This document shows, one piece after another, positions 1 through 8,573 of a DNA stretch of 64,000 nt (the stretch's first letter is position 1; every line of letters starts with the position of its first letter). The DNA lies in the NCBI GenBank assembly GCA_900546055.1, contig URBG01000002.1:14347-78346 (forward strand), read 5' to 3'. Under the pieces are notes generated by a model. The model worked only from the letters and a program-made list of their open reading frames with translations. It was not told the DNA's origin and did not search any database. The DNA comes from an uncultured Mycoplasmatota bacterium. GTDB lineage: Bacteria > Bacillota_I > Bacilli_A > RF39 > UBA660. The position numbers and the translations under genes are program-made.

Positions 1-760
1 AATCATCAATTAATTTACGTTTACCATAAACTGGGTCATTAACAATTGGGTGCCCAATATAATCCATATGAACTCTTATTTGATGAGTCCTACCTGTTTC
101 CAATTTTAATTCAATTAAAGTTGCCTCATCAAACCTTTTTAAAACTTTAAAATGGGTTATTGCTTCTTTTCCATCTGGATTTATGGCCATTTTTTTACGA
201 TCAGCACTTGATCTTCCAATTGGCGCATCGATTAAACCAGTGTCATTAGGAATAACACCCCAAACTAAAGCCACATATTTTCGGTATGTTGTCTTAGCAG
301 CTAGCTGTTCTGCTAAAGCCTCATGAGCTTTATTATCTTTAGCAACCATTAATAGTCCAGTTGTATTAGCATCAATACGATGAACAATTCCTGGACGAAA
401 TTCACCATTTTTATCACTAAGTTTACTATGGTATAAAAGTCCATTAACTAACGTTCCATGATAATTACCAGGAGCTGGATGAACAACCACGCCATTTGCC
501 TTATTGACAATAATAACATCTTCGTCTTCATAAACAATATCTAAATCCATTTTTTCAGGCAAAACGTCCATTGCCTCTTCAACGTGATTAACTTCAATCA
601 CATCATCTTCTTTAACAATGTATCCACCTTTTGTTTCCATACCATTTACTAAAACTTCAGAAGCCTTAATTATTTTACTAGCATTACTTCGGCTTATATC
701 CATGGCCTCTGCTAAAAAATTATCTAATCTAATTCCTGGGTTATTTACTTGATACTTCAT
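1..760 (-). CDS. rluD: RluD-family rRNA pseudouridine synthase; C-terminal end cut by the left window edge
   Basis: Absent from the ORF track because it runs off the window. My minus-strand translation from the ATG at 758-760 gives MKYQVNNPGIRLDNFLAEAMDISRSNASKII, then GIVHRIDANTTGLLMVAK (catalytic Asp motif) and ETGRTHQIRVHMDYIGHPIVNDPVYG. The start overlaps the lspA stop, the usual lspA-rluD arrangement. Confidence 0.85.
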   Translation of the reverse strand, partial: MKYQVNNPGIRLDNFLAEAMDISRSNASKIIKASEVLVNGMETKGGYIVKEDDVIEVNHVEEAMDVLPEKMDLDIVYEDEDVIIVNKANGVVVHPAPGNYHGTLVNGLLYHSKLSDKNGEFRPGIVHRIDANTTGLLMVAKDNKAHEALAEQLAAKTTYRKYVALVWGVIPNDTGLIDAPIGRSSADRKKMAINPDGKEAITHFKVLKRFDEATLIELKLETGRTHQIRVHMDYIGHPIVNDPVYGKRKLIDD

Positions 761-1220
761 TTTTTTCTCCTTTTACTAGATGAATAACAATTAATGCAAT
801 CGATACCATTATACACACATCAGCTAAATTAAATACCGGAAAATTATATCCGAAAACATTAAAATCTAAATAATCAATAACATACCCTCGTACAATTCTA
901 TCTATTAAATTGCCTAAAATACCACCAATTAAAATGCCATACAAATACTCTTCTACTTTAACTAAATCTCTACCCTTAATAAAAAAATAATAAATTAAGC
1001 ATAAAGAAATAATCGAAACAACAATTAAAAATAAAGTGTTTGAACTTAAAATACTGAAAGCCGCCCCTGTATTTTGAATCATTGTTAGCGAAAAAAAGTT
1101 AGAAATCACTTCAACACTACTACCAAACGATAATAACCAAAATAAAACATTTTTAATAACTTGGTCAATAAGTGTACATATTACTGCAATTACTAAAACT
1201 TTTTTCATTTTCTTCACCAA
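741..1220 (-). CDS. lspA: Lipoprotein signal peptidase II
   Basis: 159 aa polytopic membrane protein with NTGAAFS and FNLADVCI motifs typical of LspA. Sits directly upstream of rluD. Confidence 0.85.
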   Translation of the reverse strand: MVKKMKKVLVIAVICTLIDQVIKNVLFWLLSFGSSVEVISNFFSLTMIQNTGAAFSILSSNTLFLIVVSIISLCLIYYFFIKGRDLVKVEEYLYGILIGGILGNLIDRIVRGYVIDYLDFNVFGYNFPVFNLADVCIMVSIALIVIHLVKGEKNEVSSK

Positions 1221-1267
1221 TAATTATTATATCAAAAATTAGAAAAAAAAGATAGGCTATATTAAAC

Positions 1268-2209
1268 CTAGCTAATTGTTCTACCCGAAGTCACTTCTGG
1301 TACCACTGGAAATTCTTGATATTTTTCTAATTGATGAGCCTGCGCAAAAACTAAAACACGATTTTCAGGATTGCTATAATCTGATGAATTAGTATAAGGG
1401 CAAGTCCAAAAACACACTATTGGTTCATCCATATTTGGTACTATTCCCGTATCAATATCTGAACTGCCAACTATATACTCCATTTTATCATTGAAGTCTT
1501 CCTCGTCTGCATAATTACCAACCCAATTCAAAATGCTAGACGCATCGTATACCCCAGACGCAAAAATCTCCAAATTATAGTGACCATATTCATCTTTATA
1601 ATCAATGCTTGGATTTTGTTCATACATTTCAATCGCCGTTCCTTTAGCTGCACTACTATCAGTATCAGCAAAGTCCGCCAGTTTTCCAAACATTAAATCA
1701 TCGGTCCCCGGAATTTCTCCAATATTATGGCCATAAATAATAATAAAGTCATCACTTAAGCCTTCATGATTACGCCAATCTTTATAAATAGAACCAACAA
1801 GCGAAGGATTTCCATTAACATCGTGCTTAAGACCATATTCATTATCACTATACTGCTGAACCGAAAGAGTTCCATCAGCAGTAGTGAAAATTCCAGGTGC
1901 ATTTATGTAAGCTTTGGTATCCCCTTCATATATCCAAGGTGACTCTGCCCAAGGTATTTCATCCGAAACATCAAAAATTTGATCGGTATCTAAAGCTACT
2001 TGTTCATTTCGATGATCATTTACATACTCACTAGCCAAACCATCACTATATGCATAATGTCCAAGCAATACTCCAATCGCTAGTACACTAAAAACTGCAA
2101 CAGTTGCCCCTGCTCTTTGGACGATTTTCCATTTTTTTTGTTTATTTAAATCCTTATAAAATTGAATATTACAAGCATCAATTGTACTAAATTCTTCCCT
2201 TGACATCAC
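1268..2209 (-). CDS. Class B sortase-like transpeptidase (membrane anchored)
   Basis: N-terminal TM helix. GSIYKDWRN...IIIYGHNIG (His motif), YNLEIFASGVY, IVCFWTCPY (catalytic Cys) and NRVLVFAQA (Arg) line up with my recollection of S. aureus SrtB: GSIFMDFRN, ILYGHHVG, MTLSTC, KRIVVVAK. Confidence 0.65.
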   Translation of the reverse strand: MMSREEFSTIDACNIQFYKDLNKQKKWKIVQRAGATVAVFSVLAIGVLLGHYAYSDGLASEYVNDHRNEQVALDTDQIFDVSDEIPWAESPWIYEGDTKAYINAPGIFTTADGTLSVQQYSDNEYGLKHDVNGNPSLVGSIYKDWRNHEGLSDDFIIIYGHNIGEIPGTDDLMFGKLADFADTDSSAAKGTAIEMYEQNPSIDYKDEYGHYNLEIFASGVYDASSILNWVGNYADEEDFNDKMEYIVGSSDIDTGIVPNMDEPIVCFWTCPYTNSSDYSNPENRVLVFAQAHQLEKYQEFPVVPEVTSGRTIS

Positions 2210-2234
2210 TATTACCTCATCTTAAATCTAAATA

Positions 2235-2531
2235 CTATTTTCCTATCCACTCTAATATCACTTCTTTTGGCATATAGCCAACTTTAGTGTCATAAGTTCC
2301 ATCTTCCTTAAAATAAATTAAAGTAGGAACACTCATAACTCCATAACGTTTACAAAGTTCAAGATTTTCGTCAATATTAACCTTAACGATTTGAACTTTA
2401 TCACTCATACTTTCAAGTTCAGGCCCAAGCATTTTACAAGGTCCACACCAAGTAGCAAAGAAATCGACTAAAACATCACCTTTAGCTACCAAACTATCAA
2501 AATTTTCCTCATTTCCTATAATTATATCCAT
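2235..2531 (-). CDS. trxA: Thioredoxin
   Basis: WCGPC active site and thioredoxin fold length. I prefer the ATG at 2531 (MDIIIGNEE...), which follows AGGAGGAA and lies just after the cvpA stop. The track ORF extends to 2546. Confidence 0.85.
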   Translation of the reverse strand: MDIIIGNEENFDSLVAKGDVLVDFFATWCGPCKMLGPELESMSDKVQIVKVNIDENLELCKRYGVMSVPTLIYFKEDGTYDTKVGYMPKEVILEWIGK

Positions 2532-2532
2532 T

Positions 2533-3252
2533 CTATTCCTCCTCATATTTTTCTATTAATTTATCGGCTCCATCAATATGAAGCTTTCCTTTATCAATCA
2601 ACTTCTGCACTGTTGTCGTTTTTACTATATCATATTTCAAAAATAAATCAAGCGCCTCCAAATTAAATTCGTTACTACTATCAGCATTTTTGTATTTTTC
2701 ACTTAAATCAGCAAATTCATCAAATACTGTTAAAGACTTACTAGCAAAAGATGATAATATCGGTGTATTTTCTAAAATTGGTTTTTGAAACTCTGAAGAT
2801 TTCACAAAATCGCTACCAGCAAAATTTGGAAGAGCTAAAATATATAAAACCACAAAAACCACAATGTAATTCTTTATTAATCCAACAACTGCCCCTAATA
2901 ATTTTGATGGAATACCTAAAATAATTGTTAAAGTTAAAATCTTTTCAAAAATTGTTGTTGCTAATAGCAATATTTTTAAAATAATAAGCAATATTCCAAA
3001 CACTAACGCAAAAGCAATAATTTCATATACCGCAATATTTAAAACTGAAACACCTTTGATTAAACCATAAAAATCAAAAAAGGGTAAATAGTTCATCATA
3101 AATTCACTAATTGGATTTTTTAAAACAAAAGCAATTACAACTATTAATATATAACCAACACAATTAACCAAGCTTTTCGTAAATCCCTGCTTAAATCCAA
3201 TTAAAGCACCTAATAATAGAAATATTATAATACATAAATCGATTATACTCAT
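2533..3252 (-). CDS. CvpA-family membrane protein
   Basis: 239 aa with four or more N-terminal TM helices and a soluble tail. Divergent from rnhC, as B. subtilis yshB (CvpA-like) is near rnhC. Confidence 0.55.
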   Translation of the reverse strand: MSIIDLCIIIFLLLGALIGFKQGFTKSLVNCVGYILIVVIAFVLKNPISEFMMNYLPFFDFYGLIKGVSVLNIAVYEIIAFALVFGILLIILKILLLATTIFEKILTLTIILGIPSKLLGAVVGLIKNYIVVFVVLYILALPNFAGSDFVKSSEFQKPILENTPILSSFASKSLTVFDEFADLSEKYKNADSSNEFNLEALDLFLKYDIVKTTTVQKLIDKGKLHIDGADKLIEKYEEE

Positions 3253-3364
3253 ATTATGACCTCCTATACAAATTATATTACATTCATCCTAAAAAAGAAA
3301 GCAATTACAACGGATAGTATTGTGAATCTCGATTTTTTATGTTAAAATGTGTATAGGTGATAAC

Positions 3365-4336
3365 ATGGCAAAAAACGAAGTTCGTACCGTTACAGTAAAA
3401 TTAAGTGACAACACGATGAGAAAAATGAATGAATACTTTGAAGACAAAAAAAGAGACGTTACGCCTCCATATGCTGTATTTCAAGCAAAAGAAGCTGATA
3501 CAATGGTTACTTTATACCAATCAGGAAAAGCTGTTTTCCAAGGTATAAGTGCAGATATAGATGCTAATATTTGGATTGAGACTGAAAAAAACTTAAACCC
3601 AAATAAAAAAGTAGAATATAAAATGGTTGATAATAATCCTAAGTCAAAACCAGCTCCTGAAGTAAAACATACTGATGGAAAACTTTATAAATGTACTTCA
3701 ATTGGTTCTGATGAAGTTGGAACTGGTGATTATTTTGGGCCAATCGTAGTTACAGCAACTTATGTTACTAAAGAAGATATTCCTTTTTTAGAGTCATTAG
3801 GAGTTCGTGATTCTAAAAAAATAACCGATGAACACATTTTAAAAGTAGTTCCTGAAATTATTAAAAAAATACCATATTCTTGTATGATCTTATCAAATAG
3901 AGAATATAACGATAAATATAATGAAAAAATGAATTTAAATGCTATTAAAGCTAACCTTCATAACAAAGTTTTATTAGACATGAATAAACAATTTAAAAAA
4001 CATGATTATATTGTTGTCGATCAATTTACCGATCCATTTATTTATTATAAATATATTAATAATTTACCAGAAGTTCAAAGAAAAATTACTTTTGTAACAA
4101 AAGCCGAAGATAAATGTTTATCTGTTGCCTGTGGTTCTTTAATTAGCCGTTATGTCTTAATTAAAGAATTCGAAAAGCTTTCTAAGCAAATGGGGGTTAG
4201 GCTTCCAAAAGGAGCCGGACAAAAAGTCGACGAAGTTGGTGCTGAATTAATTAAAACTCATGGTATTGAAATATTAAAAGAAATTGCTAAATACAATTTC
4301 AAAAATACTGACAAAATAAAAGAATTAGCTAAATAG
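3365..4336 (+). CDS. rnhC: Ribonuclease HIII
   Basis: GSDEVGTGDYFGP catalytic motif, N-terminal DUF3378-like domain, about 320 aa. Start moved to the ATG at 3365 (MAKNEV), preceded by AGGTGA. Confidence 0.85.
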   Translation: MAKNEVRTVTVKLSDNTMRKMNEYFEDKKRDVTPPYAVFQAKEADTMVTLYQSGKAVFQGISADIDANIWIETEKNLNPNKKVEYKMVDNNPKSKPAPEVKHTDGKLYKCTSIGSDEVGTGDYFGPIVVTATYVTKEDIPFLESLGVRDSKKITDEHILKVVPEIIKKIPYSCMILSNREYNDKYNEKMNLNAIKANLHNKVLLDMNKQFKKHDYIVVDQFTDPFIYYKYINNLPEVQRKITFVTKAEDKCLSVACGSLISRYVLIKEFEKLSKQMGVRLPKGAGQKVDEVGAELIKTHGIEILKEIAKYNFKNTDKIKELAK

Positions 4337-4353
4337 CTAATTTTTTTTTGCAA

Positions 4354-4522
4354 ATAAAAAGCCCAGAAGCGGACGTTTAACGATTAAAACCCTATCTTCT
4401 AGGTGGGCATCACATTACAAGCATTAGGAGCCTTGTGTAAACACAAGTATTCAACACTGCAAGCAAATTAGATTCCCAATCGTTAACGCGTAGGTTTTTG
4501 ATAATTGTCCAATCTTCTAGAC
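4354..4522 (-). ncRNA. Candidate structured small RNA of about 170 nt, class unknown
   Basis: ORF-free gap between convergent genes. The minus strand has an extended -10 TGCTATAAT (4529-4537). Structure: a 9-bp 5' hairpin (4501-4528), a 12-bp long-range stem (4373-4385 with 4478-4491), a central hairpin CTTGTG-N4-CACAAG (4432-4447), and a 3' end GCCCAGAAG followed by a U-run (4354-4369). Strand and class are not certain. Confidence 0.3.
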
Positions 4523-4578
4523 AATTATATTATAGCACAAAAAAAGAAAAAAAGCATCCCTTTTCATCTATATTGACA

Positions 4579-5415
4579 CTATTTATCATTTTTAGATGAA
4601 AAATACTTTTTTTCTAATTTGGGATACATAACTTCACTAGTCACAGCGGCTGCACTATGAAGTCCTACACCGCGATTGATAACTCTATTAACTATTTCAT
4701 CAATCTCCAAAGAAGATGTCTCTAAACCGTCACATATTTCATTTATAGTAGAAAGGTTAGATTCAGTCAGAAAGTCCCTTACAAAATCTGGAGAAAGTGG
4801 ATTCATTTCGATAGTTCTTGTAAACTGCGAAGAAATATGTTCTGCATTACCATTACTAATTTTCTCGCCAATACTCTCATCTTTAACGCCTGCAAAGCCG
4901 ATTGAATTACTAGACCCAAATTTACGTTTTGGCATTTCCGTATATTGTCCTTCAGCTATAAAAGTTACCCCAGAAATATCATAATAATCATGAACTCCAA
5001 GTTCCCCACTAACAGTATAAAACTCTGGACTCTTGGCCATGGATAAAAAACCATTGTCAGCTTCATTAACAAACATTCCGTCAGCATCCTCAATCAAAAC
5101 AATACCCCTAGCGCTCGAACCTTTTTCAACACTATTATCAGATAACTTAACTATTGCCTCAGACATTTGAAATCTTTTAAAACTCCCATCAGCAAATGCT
5201 CCATTAATTCGGTAAAAAGGTAATCCCATTGCTTCCGCACATTTTCCGCAAAGCAAAGTTTTTCCTACCCCTACAGAACCTAATAATAAAATATTTTGTT
5301 TATTATAAAGACCATATTTTAAATTATGGTTGACTGTTAATATCATTTTTTTAATTGCCTCATCTTGATGCACAACTGACCTTTTAACTTTTGCATAAAC
5401 CTTTGCTAATTTCAT
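4579..5415 (-). CDS. AAA+ ATPase, degenerate ClpX/HslU-like, with no zinc-finger domain
   Basis: Walker A GSVGVGKT in a context resembling ClpX (NILLLGSVGVGKTLLCGKCAEAMGLPFYRING). The Walker B position reads VLIEDADG instead of hhhhDE. No GYVG pore loop is recognisable. 278 aa. Confidence 0.55.
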   Translation of the reverse strand: MKLAKVYAKVKRSVVHQDEAIKKMILTVNHNLKYGLYNKQNILLLGSVGVGKTLLCGKCAEAMGLPFYRINGAFADGSFKRFQMSEAIVKLSDNSVEKGSSARGIVLIEDADGMFVNEADNGFLSMAKSPEFYTVSGELGVHDYYDISGVTFIAEGQYTEMPKRKFGSSNSIGFAGVKDESIGEKISNGNAEHISSQFTRTIEMNPLSPDFVRDFLTESNLSTINEICDGLETSSLEIDEIVNRVINRGVGLHSAAAVTSEVMYPKLEKKYFSSKNDK

Positions 5416-5463
5416 AAAACCACCCTTAATAAGTATCTATTATATCATTTCAATAAAACTAAA

Positions 5464-6255
5464 TCAATCATATTTACTATGAAAATCACTGTCACAATGA
5501 TATCCAATTACTGTATTTAAATTAACGTTATTCGCAGATGTAAATAAACTTTTTTTAACATCTTTATTATAACGTTCCAAATAAGTAAGCAACGTCTTCA
5601 TCTCAGCTCTTTTTCCACTACTTTTAGCCGTAACTGCACATGCACAATCAATAAAACTTAAATGATTAAAATTCTTCCAAGCAATTATATTTTTTTCTTC
5701 AATCAAATAAAGTGGTCTAATTAATTCCATCCCTTCAAAATTATCACTTTCAAGCTTAGGTAACATTGATGAATAAGAACCATTATATATTAAATTAAGA
5801 AGGATTGTTTCAACAACATCATCCATATGATGACCTAACGCAATTTTATTACAGCCCATTTTCTTCGCGTAATCATATAAATAGCCTCTACGCATTTTTG
5901 CGCAAAAATAACAAGGACTGTCAAATCGTTCAGAAATTTTAAAAATTGGTGCTTCAAATATCTCTGCTTCAATATTTAAAAGTTTCAAATTATCTTTTAT
6001 TTTACTTAATACTTCCTCGGTGTAACCTGGATTCATTACAATAAATTTCAATTCAAAACTAACCATTCCATGTCTCTGCAATTCCTGCATACATTTAGCC
6101 AGTAAAAAAGAATCTTTTCCGCCACTCATACATACTGCAACTTTATCATTTTCTTCAACCAAATGATAATTTTTAATCGCTTTAATAAATTTACTCCAAA
6201 TTTCTTTACGATATTTTTTAATTATACTTTTCTCAATTATACGATATTTTTCCAT
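5464..6255 (-). CDS. TtcA/TtuA-family PP-loop tRNA thiolation ATPase
   Basis: SGGKDS PP-loop, PCYFCAKMRRG and a later CAC cysteine cluster. Start set at M38 of the track ORF (MEKYRII), preceded by GAGG. The longer ORF would overlap the upstream gene. Confidence 0.65.
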   Translation of the reverse strand: MEKYRIIEKSIIKKYRKEIWSKFIKAIKNYHLVEENDKVAVCMSGGKDSFLLAKCMQELQRHGMVSFELKFIVMNPGYTEEVLSKIKDNLKLLNIEAEIFEAPIFKISERFDSPCYFCAKMRRGYLYDYAKKMGCNKIALGHHMDDVVETILLNLIYNGSYSSMLPKLESDNFEGMELIRPLYLIEEKNIIAWKNFNHLSFIDCACAVTAKSSGKRAEMKTLLTYLERYNKDVKKSLFTSANNVNLNTVIGYHCDSDFHSKYD

Positions 6256-6325
6256 CAAATCGCCTCTCATCAAGTATATAATATTTACCCAACTAAAGCA
6301 AGAAAAAAAGGTCATATTTGACCCT

Positions 6326-7699
6326 TTAAAACGAAAAATAACTCTTGTTTTTATCAAGCATAACACCTTTTAATTCAGCCATTTCACTTATTGTAACAAA
6401 TTCATAGCCTTGATTTTTTAATATATCGATAGCCATAATTGCTCCCTGTACAGAATTCTGATAAATATCATGTAATAAAATAATAGATCCGTCAGCCGCA
6501 TGATTAACAATCGCACTAGCTATTTTATTTTTATCTTTTAATTTCCAATCTAAAGTATCAACATCCCATAAAATTGTATTCATATTTGTTAATCCTTTTA
6601 TATGGTCATTAATATTACCGTAAGGCGGTCTTAACAGAGTTGGGGTATATCCTGTATACTTTTTAACCACATCATTCGTATTTTGCAATTCTTTCATAAT
6701 TTCATAATCAGTTAAATGAAACAAATTCTTGTGATTATATGTATGACTGCCGATTTCATGTCCATCAGTATATTCTCTTTTAAGAACATCAGGATATTGT
6801 TCTACCCTACTTCCTAAAACAAAAAACGTAACTCTTGCATCTCTTTTTTGAAGTTCGTCTAATAAATAATTAGTTGAAGCATGTCCTGGCCCATCATCAA
6901 ATGTTAGCGCTAAAAGCTTTTTACCTTTGTATACCTCAAGATCCCTTGTTTTTGCTGTTAAAATTGTCTGCGTATTTTCACCTTTTTGGCTGATCCCCTG
7001 ATACTCTTTTTTTAATATTCCATTAATTCGTTCATAAGGAATTGTTATTATAACCTCACCATCTGCATGACTAGCCACTTGATATGACGGAAATAACAAT
7101 TGTAAACCTTTTTCTGTTAAAGCGAAGTGTGAAAAATTTTCTTTTATAGGCTTAGTCCCTTCTTTTACTAAAGCATCATCAAAATTCTTTTGATAATTAG
7201 AGCTATAATCCATAACATAATAATATGATAAGCTTGATAATGTATTTAAATAATTCTTATCTTCGAAAATGTTAGATAGTTCAATTTCTTCTTTAGTTTT
7301 TTGGTTTAAAGTATATGTTTTATCCGTTCTAGCATAATGAGCTCCACCTGTAAAAGATTCAATAACTAAATGAACTGTCGATATTTCTTTATATTCGCCC
7401 TTCGAAAAACGAATGTTAAAATCATATTGAATATCTGTATTATTTTCTTTAACAGCCTTCATAAATTCATCTTTAGCGTTTGTAACGTCTTCTTTAATTT
7501 TATTATCCAATTTTTTATTTTTTAAAATAGGATAATTAATTTTTAAATTATAATTTTTATGTTCTGAAATAATATTTACTTCTGTTTTATTGTTACTTTT
7601 TATTATAATAATACTAATTCCTGTTACTAAAATAACAACTATTAATAATAAAACTAAAAGACCAAGTTTAGACACTCTTCTCTTTTTCATATACTTCAC
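6326..7699 (-). CDS. Membrane-anchored polysaccharide (peptidoglycan) deacetylase, PdaC-like
   Basis: N-terminal TM helix. A DUF3298/DUF4163-like region (FTGGAHY), then a NodB domain with LTFDDGP and HTYNH motifs. Confidence 0.7.
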   Translation of the reverse strand: MKYMKKRRVSKLGLLVLLLIVVILVTGISIIIIKSNNKTEVNIISEHKNYNLKINYPILKNKKLDNKIKEDVTNAKDEFMKAVKENNTDIQYDFNIRFSKGEYKEISTVHLVIESFTGGAHYARTDKTYTLNQKTKEEIELSNIFEDKNYLNTLSSLSYYYVMDYSSNYQKNFDDALVKEGTKPIKENFSHFALTEKGLQLLFPSYQVASHADGEVIITIPYERINGILKKEYQGISQKGENTQTILTAKTRDLEVYKGKKLLALTFDDGPGHASTNYLLDELQKRDARVTFFVLGSRVEQYPDVLKREYTDGHEIGSHTYNHKNLFHLTDYEIMKELQNTNDVVKKYTGYTPTLLRPPYGNINDHIKGLTNMNTILWDVDTLDWKLKDKNKIASAIVNHAADGSIILLHDIYQNSVQGAIMAIDILKNQGYEFVTISEMAELKGVMLDKNKSYFSF

Positions 7700-7800
7700 C
7701 TCTTGTACGTCCTGTCGTCATTTTACATGCTAACCCATTCTATGTCAACAAAAAATACATTTAATCTTCAAAATGTATTTTCTTTTTATAAATTAAAATA

Positions 7801-8550
7801 TTATTTTTTTAATATTCTATTTAAAGTCTCAATACTTAATAAATTAACTGTTTGAAACTTTCCTTTATAAAATACTCCAAAATTATTAAAAACACAAGGC
7901 AACGATTTTGCTTTTTCAAGCGTATCAACCTTAATTAAAGATACAGGAACATCATTTTCTTTACAATATTTATTTATCATCTCGACATTTTGATAAACGT
8001 AGGGACACTGCATATCATAATAAATTGTTAATTGTTGATCCTTAATTTCTTGTTTTTTAGCACCTTCAGTAAATTTTGGCATCGATCCATCAAATGAAAG
8101 AGCAAGAAGCTCATAACCATTGTCTGTTGTGTCAACGACTTTAAAGCCAAATTTCTTCACAAATGATTGAGCAGAAAGCCAAGCTTTTTGTTTTTTAGAG
8201 CCAAGCATACAAACTCCAAATTTCCCTTTTTTCTTAGCATCAGTTAAACAATATTCGAGAAGTGATTTTCCATAACCATGACCTTTGCAATTACCTAAAA
8301 CCCATAAACAATATATGTAATAGTAATTATCACCTTTAATTGGAACCCATGCTGTTTCTAATGGAGCATACTCGATAAACACCGTCGCCTTAGCATTAAG
8401 TTTTCTAAAAACATGACCTTCTTTAACTCGCTCTGAAAGCCACTTCCGCTTAGCTTCAATTCCTGGGTGCAACTTTTTAGTACGAATAATACAGCACAAA
8501 TGCTCATTATCCAAATTTTCTGCAGTTAAATTTATAAAGTCTTTTTCCAT
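7801..8550 (-). CDS. GNAT N-acetyltransferase with YoaP-like C-terminal domain
   Basis: GNAT motif A (CKGHGYGKSLLEYC) in the N-terminal half. Cys-containing C-terminal domain as in YoaP-type proteins. Confidence 0.5.
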   Translation of the reverse strand: MEKDFINLTAENLDNEHLCCIIRTKKLHPGIEAKRKWLSERVKEGHVFRKLNAKATVFIEYAPLETAWVPIKGDNYYYIYCLWVLGNCKGHGYGKSLLEYCLTDAKKKGKFGVCMLGSKKQKAWLSAQSFVKKFGFKVVDTTDNGYELLALSFDGSMPKFTEGAKKQEIKDQQLTIYYDMQCPYVYQNVEMINKYCKENDVPVSLIKVDTLEKAKSLPCVFNNFGVFYKGKFQTVNLLSIETLNRILKK

Positions 8551-8573
8551 CTGTTACCTCGTTTCAACTTCAA

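Noticed and set aside
4676-4984. Antisense or shadow ORFs of 60-125 aa throughout the track (for example 4676-4984, 10536-10757, 11112-11318, 15681-15917, 20067-20311, 20526-20792, 22413-22595, 25417-25680, 26504-26749, 30250-30594, 31112-31373, 31933-32214, 32728-33099, 34999-35232, 35915-36224, 37419-37604, 38689-39173, 39532-39762, 41438-41734, 43349-43537, 43800-44060, 45521-45769, 46617-46817, 47044-47412, 48806-49396, 50229-50474, 53591-53803, 54168-54368, 57129-57383, 58131-58325, 62731-62973)
   Set aside because: Each lies inside a longer ORF on the other strand or frame that has clear family motifs. Their products are low-complexity Ile/Leu/Ser/Phe-rich strings, as expected from AT-rich antisense sequence. 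None has a convincing RBS.
6256-6366. N-terminal extensions of several track ORFs (5464-6366, 15474-16574, 37361-37624, 43541-44374, 21653-23944, 2235-2546, 62778-63779, 3347-4336)
   Set aside because: In each case an internal ATG is preceded by a much better Shine-Dalgarno sequence. It also removes an overlap with the upstream gene or exposes a proper signal peptide or conserved N-terminus. The extensions encode implausible sequence.
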